From: Mizuhopecten yessoensis
Lineage: Eukaryota
Assembly (NCBI RefSeq): GCF_002113885.1
Contig: NW_018408752.1
Span: forward strand, 413,624-477,623
DNA length: 64,000 nt
Direction of reading: 5' to 3'
Below are positions 55,001-64,000 of this stretch, piece after piece. A program made the position numbers and the translations under genes. A model generated the notes under the pieces. The model did not search any database and was not told the origin of the DNA. It saw only the letters and a program-made list of their open reading frames with translations. The number at the start of each line of letters is the position of its first letter. The first letter of the stretch is position 1.

Positions 55001-57979
55001 CAGTTTTTGTCTGATGATGTCAGTCATGTAAGTGTGACCGGAAATGTCATTTAATATTACTCTAATGAGTAAAGTGACAAGCGGATGATTAACTATGTTT
55101 TATACAGGGAGATTACAAAGCCTACCATAGCATTTAATGAATTGAAGGAACACCGGTGCAAGGAAAGTTTGATTGACTCTTTGTATAATGAAATGAACAT
55201 TACAATATTTGCACCAGTAGGAACCAACATAAACCAAATTAAACACCACCTGGACTAATAATTGTTTGGAAAAACAAATGTGGCTATTTGAATGTTTTCT
55301 TTATATAGTTACCAGAATTAACCATATATATTCTGAAGAATCTCCTTGACGAGATGAAAGTACTAAAGACTGGTTGTTGAGATGTTTTCTTTTTATATTA
55401 TTTCTTCGTCCAGAAGGATAATTTTTCTGCTTTTATAATATATAGGGGAGGGATGGGAGGAATGATTTCAGGGACCTCACCACTCATGAAATCTTAAAAG
55501 TGATTTTATTTAAGGAATGGTAGGCAGATCTGGTTTTATTCGCCACCACCTATAATACATGTACATGTATATCAATATCGGTGCCTCCCACCTCCCCATA
55601 CTATAAACTATGGAATAGTCCTTATCGATGAGTGGTGAGCAAGAACTAATTCTGAATTCTATATTCCAGTCAAAAATGGTATCCTATCAGCCAGAGCAAC
55701 TGCATTAATACATGAAAACATGATATACCCAGGGGAACGCGACAACAGCCATTATGGCAGTGCTTACCTTTTACATTATCTAGCAGTATGTGTATGACGG
55801 TGAAGAAGCCGGAGAGTTGTTGAGGAAGGAAGCCTTGTTCCTTGCCCCACCACACAGCCCCAGTGTAGTAGTCTAGCACTCCAGCATCACGCAGGTCTGT
55901 AGTGTAGTTGTGTAGTTTGAAAATATCACATAACGTCCTGAAAAAGATTGGTTGGATATGAATAACAATGAAAAAAAAAGGAGTAACAAGCATAACGAAT
56001 CAAGTAAAATGTAAATGCCTCAAATAAACTAAAAAAAAGGTTGGGATAACTTTATTTTCTAAATTTAAGCCTGTTTGTAATCCAGGAGTTCCTATACAAA
56101 TTTTCCTTGTCAAATCATCCATAGATGGGCAATGAGACATAACAACTACATCGTTTACTGGCTAGTCTAAAAACAACAGATGAAAGTGGGAAAAAAACTT
56201 ACGTCTGCATTTCGTCAACATCTTGACCAAGAAGTGTTTTACATTGATCTTCTGATAGAATTTTGTATGCTAAGCTTCCCTCTTTCTCATCAGCTTCATC
56301 ATCCTGAAAATGAATAACAATTTGCAGGTTAAAAATCATTTTTGTACAAGCTAATTATACATTCTGTATTTAACACTTATGATAAAATATGAGATTTTTA
56401 TATTAGAATGGATGCTTCAATTCAAAAGGCTCCTGTATCACATATTGTACTACTTATATTACACTGAAATTCGAAGAGTATTCTGGGTCCAACAGCTCAT
56501 CTGAAGAAGGTTCAACACTTTCATTGTCCAAAATGGTTTGTAACATGGTCAACATATTGCAATCACATCAAGGCTGCAGCTTTTACACCAGTTGTTCACA
56601 CAGGAAAATCCTAGTCAAGTATTGAACCTCAGCTCTTAAACATATTGTGAATCCTACTGATTTCATACACAAAACGTAATGACTTGCGACACAAATGCTT
56701 TTGTTGTATCCCTCCAATGAATGTCTCATCCTTTGAATGAGAGGTATTGATTAAAAACTATGATGCACATGCCACAATTAATAGTCTTTTCTTAACAAAA
56801 CTGCACACCAATTTAAATTGGTTACAAAGAAAATGATACAGTGGGGATACAAGGGGCCAAATAATCTCTTGTCATACATGCATGTATAATAGAAAGTTTA
56901 TAGATGTCCAAGAAAGCGAACGTTCATCAACACGAACTGTGTATCGATGATCAACAACCCCCAGAGGTAAACTTTGTATTCATTTCAACAACACAAAGCA
57001 CAAACATTGTTGACAAAAACAAAAGACGCATAGACAATGCTCTGACCATACTGTATAAATAATTAATGTTTTGGAATAAAAGCTGTCTGCCATCCATGAT
57101 AACAATGCACTGAATACCACTCACACTGACAAACAACTTTTCATACAATGTCAATATTTAAGCGTCGTAACATTTTTTTGTTTTTTGTTTGTTTTACTTT
57201 TAAAACAGTAAAATGTATTGATGCGGTGCATTTTTAATTTTATAGGTCTTTTGAAGTATTAGTAGAGTCTGGTCTGCTATGACTTCAAATGCAACATGTA
57301 GATTGCCATGTCGTATCTTTACTGTTAATATACTGTTGGAATAACCATAAATGCTCTGTATCAGAACGCTTACTGTAATAATATATATAGATTGCTATTT
57401 ATAGTGATATAAAGTAATAGTGTATTGTCACACAATACTATATATTCAAACAAAATTTAACAATACATTTTACACATCCTCACATTTCCTGATTTAATAC
57501 ATTCCCTGTCCTTTTTAATCGTAGTATCAACATCTACTTAACGCATCGATTTCTTTGGTTTATTCATTTTAAACAATTGTCATCACCGGGTTTGTTTACA
57601 TTTTGTAACTGTCATTAGTGTCTTTTGATAATTATCTTCCAAAAATATACCAATCGAATTATGCTTTTCCAACATTTCTAGATATATTTTAATCCTAACC
57701 AACATTATATTTACATTTAAGGGTCATAAATAAATACTGCTATCATGACCAAGCACCTGTTGTTGACATGTGTTCGCGTACAAGAACGAATGTCTACGTT
57801 TACAAAGACTGACTTAAAGAACAATAAACAGTGATAAACGATGGATATATAAATTATATAGTGCTTACTCCCTCAAGAGTAACTTTTTTCTTATTTTTAG
57901 GGTCGCCTTTCGCCTGTGATGAGTTAGAAAGGGCGCTTTTGCTCCCCTTTCCACCAACTTTTTGGCCTTTCGCCGCCAT
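46119..57979 (-). CDS. CABCOCO1: Ciliary-associated calcium-binding coiled-coil protein 1 (C10orf107-like); exons 57979-57869, 56303-56203, 55937-55768, 51623-51476, 50981-50909, 50269-50150, 48883-48851 (tentative), 46519-46391, 46211-46119 (about 325 aa)
   Basis: DLRDAGVLDYYTGAVWWG, LFQHYKLYELMF..EEIIGT and PFPPPLDEGVS match the CABCOCO1 family. All introns GT-AG and in phase. Confidence 0.9.
51675..52202. repeat. Degenerate HINE-like element containing long poly-T tracts
   Basis: Subterminal TTGCCTGC / GCAGGCGA, GGTCAAGGTCA-type subrepeats, T-runs at 51984-52040. Confidence 0.5.
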
Positions 57980-58423
57980 TTTGTTGCTATGTACGTTTTC
58001 ACTTTCCTACTCTCTAGTATTGAAGAGTTCTGATAAAGTTGTTACAACTTACCTGCTTCTTTCCCTTATCTTTTCCTCGAGACTGGAAATCAAAAAAGAA
58101 AATGTATATCATGTATATGTTATCTCTCGGTAAATGTCTACTTGATATCATACATTTTATTTTAGGTTATATAAATGATAAGGCTAAGCTAACAGACGGG
58201 TTATTGCATTTAATTTATCATAGAACTTAGAAGCATTAGAAATCAATGACATTATATGGATCTACAAATGTATATATATTGGTACCAGTTCTGATGTATA
58301 ACCCCTTACTTGCCGATTGCATAGACTAAAAACAACAAACTAAACAAAAACCTAATCGTACCCTATCCCAGATCCCATATAATTACACAAGATATGTGCT
58401 TTGTACCATTGGACAGACAGCTA

Positions 58424-58887
58424 GGGTGAAGGTACCCATAATAGAACACTTAATATGTATGATGCAGCATTTTATATTTTGCAAATATCATCTGTCTACC
58501 TCTTAAACATTGCTCATAAACTCGATTGAAATATTAAACAAATGAAATGGAAAAAATTCCGGGAAACAGTACGATACGAAAACATAAATATTCGATCATA
58601 TTTCAGTAAAATTTGTCAGAAATTGTCAAAACTTTTCTTAAAATGAAGAAAATAATTTAAATGCTGTCAGTCATTTTCATAAAATGACTTATATGATGAA
58701 GTGTTCCATTTTGGGTTCTCGACCAGCCAAATATTCCAATTGAATCTGACGCACTTTAATGAGCTCTATAAATAGACACACGTGCTGTTGATACCCAAGA
58801 AATACATAAGATGAAGGCTTTCAGAAACTTTATAGGAAATATTAATATGTTTCTTTAAAAAGTATTCCATTTTGGGTACCCTCACCC
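58424..58887. mobile_element. MITE with ~27-bp TIRs flanked by TA
   Basis: GGGTGAAGGTACCCATAATAGAACACT / AGTATTCCATTTTGGGTACCCTCACCC. Confidence 0.8.
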
Positions 58888-58891
58888 TATA

Positions 58892-59320
58892 CAGTACAGA
58901 TCTATATCCACAAGAAAATCAAACTGTATGTTTTACTGTTTATTTTAATCATCCGTTTTTTAATTAATTTTCATGAACAAAGTTAATGTTTGTTTTCTAT
59001 GTTATTCTTCAAAAACAAAATGATTTAGGCAACAGGCAAAGTCTAATTCGAACTTCCGCTAATATATAATACGAAGACGAACATGTATATCACCACAGCA
59101 CGGTCTTAATTCCGTGATGTCACCTACTTTATTAGTAACGTAATCATTATAACGTCTTTCATGCAAATTGAATAGTCAATGAACCTCATAACTTCACGAG
59201 TAGTTACAGCATTAACTTAATTGTTATGAAAATTAATTCAAATATGCATGGTTAATCAAAATAAACAGTAAAACATATATATATATATACAGTTTGATTT
59301 TCTTGCAGAGATATACACTG
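58892..59320. mobile_element. Second MITE directly adjacent to the first
   Basis: CAAGAAAATCAAACTGTATGTTTTACTGTTTATTTT is inverted at 59259-59305, with a (TA)n expansion. Confidence 0.75.
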
Positions 59321-59654
59321 TGATACGGTAGTAGTATTACAGTACTATACATGCACGTGAACATTATAATGTTTTTTCATGCATGTTAAATGTTCAATGA
59401 ACCTTAGAATTTCACGAGTAGTTATACAGTTCAGCTATATGAGGCTGCTCAAAGATTGTGAATTACCAAAAGATATCATATAAATACACTCAGATAACAG
59501 GGGTGGATCGAGGAATTTAGAAAAAAAAGTGTATACCCTCAGGGTGATGTTTTTGTAGTCTAACCCTCGGTAGAGCCTCGGGTTAGACAACCAAAAAAAC
59601 ATCACCCCTCGGGTTGGAGATTTCTCTGTCACACCCTCAAGGTTGGGGAAGATT

Positions 59655-60824
59655 CAGTGCGTACATGACACAAAAGTGACAATATTACAGTGCGTACATG
59701 ACAGAGAAGTGACAGTATAACAGTACGTACATGACAGAGTAGTGACAGAATAAAAGTACGTACATGACAGAGAAGTGACAATATTACAGTACGTACATGA
59801 CACAAAAGTGACAATATTACAGTACGTACATGACAGAGTAGTGACAGCATTACAGTACGTACATGACAGAGAAGTGACAGTATTACAGTACGTAAACATG
59901 ACAGAGAAGGGACAGTATTGCAGTACGTACATGACAGAGAAGTGACGGTATTACAGTACGTACATGACACAAAAGTGACAATATTACAGTACGTAAATGA
60001 CACAAAAGTGACAATATTACAGTACGTAAATGACACAAAAGTGACAATATTACAGTACGTAAATGACACAAAAGTGACAATATTACAGTACGTACATGAC
60101 ACAAAAGGGACAATATTACAGTACGTACATGACAGAGAAGTGACAGTATAACAGTACGTACATGACAGAGAAGTGACAGTATTACAGTACGTACATGACA
60201 GAGAAGTGACAATATTACAGTACGTACATGACAGAGAGGTGACAGTATTACAGTACGTACATGACAGAGAAGTGACATTATTACAGTACGTACATGACAG
60301 AGAAGTAACAGTACTACAGTAAGTATACATGACAGAGAAGTGACAGTATTACAGTTCGTACATGACACAGAAGTGACAGTATTACGGTATGTATACATGA
60401 CAGAGAAGTGACAGTATTACAGTTCGTACATGACACAGAAGTGACAGTATTACAGTACATACATGACAGAGAATTGACAGTATTACAGTACATACATGAC
60501 AGAGAATTGACAGTATTACAGTACATACATGACAGAGAAGTGACGGTATTACAGTACATACATGACAGAGAAGTGACGGTATTACAGTACATACATGACA
60601 GAGAAGTGACAGAATTACAGTACGTACATGACACAGAAGTGACAATATTACAGTACGTACATGACAGAGAAGTGACAGTATTACAGTAAGTATACATGAC
60701 AGAGAAGTGACAGTATTACAGTAAGTACATGACAGAGAGGTGACAGTATTACAGTACGTACATGACAGAGAAGTGACAGTATTACAGTACCTACATGACA
60801 GAGAGTTGACAGTATTACAGTAAG
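59655..60824. repeat. 33-bp minisatellite, about 35 copies
   Basis: Unit ACAGTACGTACATGACAGAGAAGTGACAGTATT; explains the ORFs with an 11-aa period. Confidence 0.97.
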
Positions 60825-62328
60825 TTGTTTTACCAGTTTAGGTAGGATGTGACAGAGTAATTATAATGATGATATACGCGATATAAGATATAACAATATG
60901 ACTAAACACAAAACCCATTTAACTTAAAAAATATAGAGGTTAATGATAATGCTATTTTAACTAGTAACAGAAATCCAGTTCAATGTCACAATGAAATGTC
61001 AAAAGAAAACAAAACATCCTTTTTGAAAAAATAAGTCCTTATCACAGAACGATCTCTCGATGTTATCTTGCGTGCCATTTGTTACCTTTCCTCGCTTCGA
61101 CATGTTCGTTGAGATATCCTAGTACTCCGAGGAAACAAATCTGTGAATAATGATTAAATCCAAACAGCGAACCACAACAGGGTCATGACATGTAAACTCT
61201 CTGTAACAAAAAATATGACCGTTACTTTTTCAGGTAAAACGCTCAGGTAAAGACTTCAGATATGGGGGGAAATCCCTGGTCAAAAATCAATTTAACAAAT
61301 ATCAAAGTATGTATATCCAATGCATTGTCGAAAAGGTATATTACACATAAAGTTAATCCCATGTACACCTGTATTTACCTGTACAATACAGGTAACACCG
61401 AGCCCTTAATCCCGTTCTTATAATAGGGAAGATAAACCCGTGGTTACCAGGCGATTTTACATCAAAGTATTTTAGGCCAATAGACTACGATATAGATTAT
61501 TTACCTACACGAGCCAATACCTGTAATTTGTTTAAAGCTCCAGAGGAGCCGGTGTATCATACTAGTCAGTATACTATAGGGTGTCCGCATGGGTTAACGG
61601 GACATTCAATTAAATTCCATCAGCAAGCACTCACCAAGGACCGGTTTTATAATGCTCAAAGGACGCGGTGAATTGAAGTCGTTAACATTTTGTAAAACTA
61701 TGTATATTCAGACGACGCGTCTTTTTTCAATTTTTGTTGTATTATAGACCGATAAAATTAATATAAACATCAATTTGTCGATGTCTTACCTTACTCCTGA
61801 ACTTGGTTGGCTGTGTATAGGGCCATATTGTTCGTGGGCACTGCTTTAGGAGGCACTGGAGTGTTAAAGATAATAGCGGTAATGAATGGAGAGGTTGATA
61901 GTATCGGTTTACTACGTATGACAATGGAATACGTAAATACGACTATTGTAGCCGATATCGACAGAGTATAATTAAACGCAGAGACACATCGCGTCGGTCT
62001 TACAAATGCTGGATTTGAAACAATTATAGGTGGACACGGTCTTTTCGTGTATAAGGTATATGTAGGTATTAGTACACACTTCTTTTGGAAAATAAGAAAC
62101 AGACGTTTTATACCCCTACCTAGGATTTAATATAGAACATTTATTCGTAGTGCACAGTTGTTTACATTTCTATCAAGTATATCATTGGATAAGTATGATC
62201 CAGAATGATTGATAATAAATTAAATATACTGATATCTCAGTCCTCCGTGGATCTGTTTTGGAGGGCCTTAACGACAACTATAAGGACTAGTCAGACGTAT
62301 AAGTAGGGTGTTATACCCACTGTTATAC

Positions 62329-62440
62329 CCACTTTATACCCACTTTATACCCACTGTTATACCCACTTTATACCCACTGTTATTCCCACTTTATACCCAC
62401 TGTTATACCCACTTTATACCCACTGTTATATACCCACTGT
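62329..62440. repeat. 11/12-bp tandem repeat TTATACCCACT(G)
   Basis: About 9 copies alternating between 11 and 12 bp. Confidence 0.93.
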
Positions 62441-63961
62441 CCCCTGTACATTATTTGATATAATGTGTGTAGTATCAGAGGGACACGATTATTAAGACAG
62501 TTTGTACATTGAGATTTTTTCAGATTTAAGGCATGCCTAATTTTTGTCTTTAGTCACACGAGTGCAAGGTGTTTGATACAACAGTCGTTTAACTTATTAA
62601 TAAGTTGCAAAATTTGACGAGTGTGAGTTTACATCAAACATCGTTATCAGGCGCTGATAATGTACAAACATAGCTGAAGTATAAAAACCAGCACGCCATT
62701 GATTTTGGTAGTCAATTTCTGGTTATTTCGGTATGTGACCAGGATACAATACCCAATCTATGCCACAGATCGTCATGTAGTCTCTCCTTGGCTCCAGTAT
62801 AATGTACCTCTCGATCAAAACAGCAGTGGTAGTTTCATGGTACTGAAGGGAGGGGCCGAAACTCGTTTATAACCCTTCACATGGAGGACTGTTTTGAGCC
62901 GTAGTGACATGTTTTTTTTTATAGTTGGTGCATGTGATTGGAATATGTGAAGTTTCAAGAAATACCGCGGCATACCGTAAAAGGGGGTTGCTGCGTTTAT
63001 TTTTGTAAGAAAGTTGTGTGACCCTTTGTGACTTAGCTTTTCCGCACCAGCAAGTGTGGGTTTGTGACCACAGCACAACTAGTCCCAATGTTAAAACGAA
63101 CCTTTTAAGATGAGTTATGTGGGACGATACTTTCAATACAAATATGAGTTTATAAGAAAATCGGGATGATGTATTAATTTTTAGGAGACCTATGGCCCTT
63201 TATGACATATTTTCTTCACAAGCATTACTATCGATATTACTTGAAGTTCACTAACATATCCATCATTCAAGGACTTAACGTCTACGAGTATAAGTAAAGA
63301 AGTGTATTACTCTACACACAATACAGTATGAAGTTCTCTGTTATTATCAGAACAACACTACACTAGTGTCCGTGGCGGACTCACTTGCCAGATACCAATG
63401 ACATTATGTCTTAAATAGTCATACTACTCCCTATATAGAGTAAGATATGTATTGAAATTCCCTTTGAGATTGCCTTTTTGAAATCTTGGGGTTTATATAT
63501 CAACCCAACCCTAACACTGACGTAGAATCCTTAACTCTTGGGATCTTTTACACTACATCTTCCCTTTCCAGATTACATTTATTTCACCAAAATACTAGTA
63601 ACCCAGGCGTATAACACTCCACTAGTTCTGTTATTTGTGTTGTTCTCTGTGTTTTCGTAGGGTGGATGAATTATGTTTAAACTTTAAAGAAAGTTTTTTT
63701 TAATAAACAGCTGGTATGGGCCAAAATGAAAATGCAACACATGCAGACAAAACACATAGGCTCACAATACAGTTTATACAACATGTTTTAAGCTAAAGCT
63801 TACCTCTACTTATGTCACCTCTCTATTAGATAGTGCTCATCCTTTAATATGTTTTGCTAAATGTTTATTGTGTAACTGTGCATGTCTTTTATATGTCGGT
63901 TTTAATAGCTCATTAGAGCTAATGTTGTATTGTTTTTGATCATACCGACGTTAACTAAAAC

Positions 63962-63982
63962 TTTTGATTTGATTTGATTTGA
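63962..63982. repeat. (TTTGA)n short tandem repeat, possibly a LINE 3' tail
   Basis: TTTTGATTTGATTTGATTTGA following a T-rich UTR-like stretch. Confidence 0.45.
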
Positions 63983-64000
63983 TGTGAGTGAAAAACACCG

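Larger units (their letters stand above)
58053..61900 (-). other. Candidate alternative 5' exons of CABCOCO1 (about 61900-61790, 61140-61086, 58082-58053)
   Basis: Clean acceptors and donors. They encode MSKRGK|SRGKDKGKKQ in phase 0, compatible with the exon starting at 56303. Confidence 0.6.

Noticed and set aside
59629-60697. Cys/Thr-rich repetitive ORFs (metallothionein- or antifreeze-like)
   Set aside because: Open in several frames on both strands because of the 33-bp unit; indels break frames; no splice context.

Overview
AT-rich animal genomic DNA with spliced genes; gene content and repeat types suggest a mollusc, probably a bivalve (inference). Five host genes can be built by hand with consistent splice phases: a TPMT-like methyltransferase with an intronless CDS (+), PWWP2A/B-like (+, 2 coding exons), TTC1 (-, 5 exons), ES1/GATD3 (+, 7 exons, the last intron U12-type) and CABCOCO1 (-, 9 exons plus a candidate alternative 5' end). 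Mobile DNA includes an L1/Tx1 fragment, a full-length decayed CR1-type LINE carrying a 2A-like peptide and a nested MITE, several MITEs and HINE-like repeats, and two minisatellites. TTC1 intron 1 holds a 7.9-kb Gypsy element with intact PNMA-like gag and pol. Three observations stand out. (1) The Gypsy has TG..CA ends and a 4-bp TSD but no LTR pair and no recognisable PBS; its left end is an array of ETS motifs and its right LTR looks like a multi-exon structured RNA unit. (2) A slippery site plus H-type pseudoknot lies at the gag-pol overlap. (3) A dispersed repeat family carries a tRNA-like gene at its 3' end, followed by an LTR-like TGTTACA terminus and PBS-like sequence. All calls are from manual reading; no searches were run.
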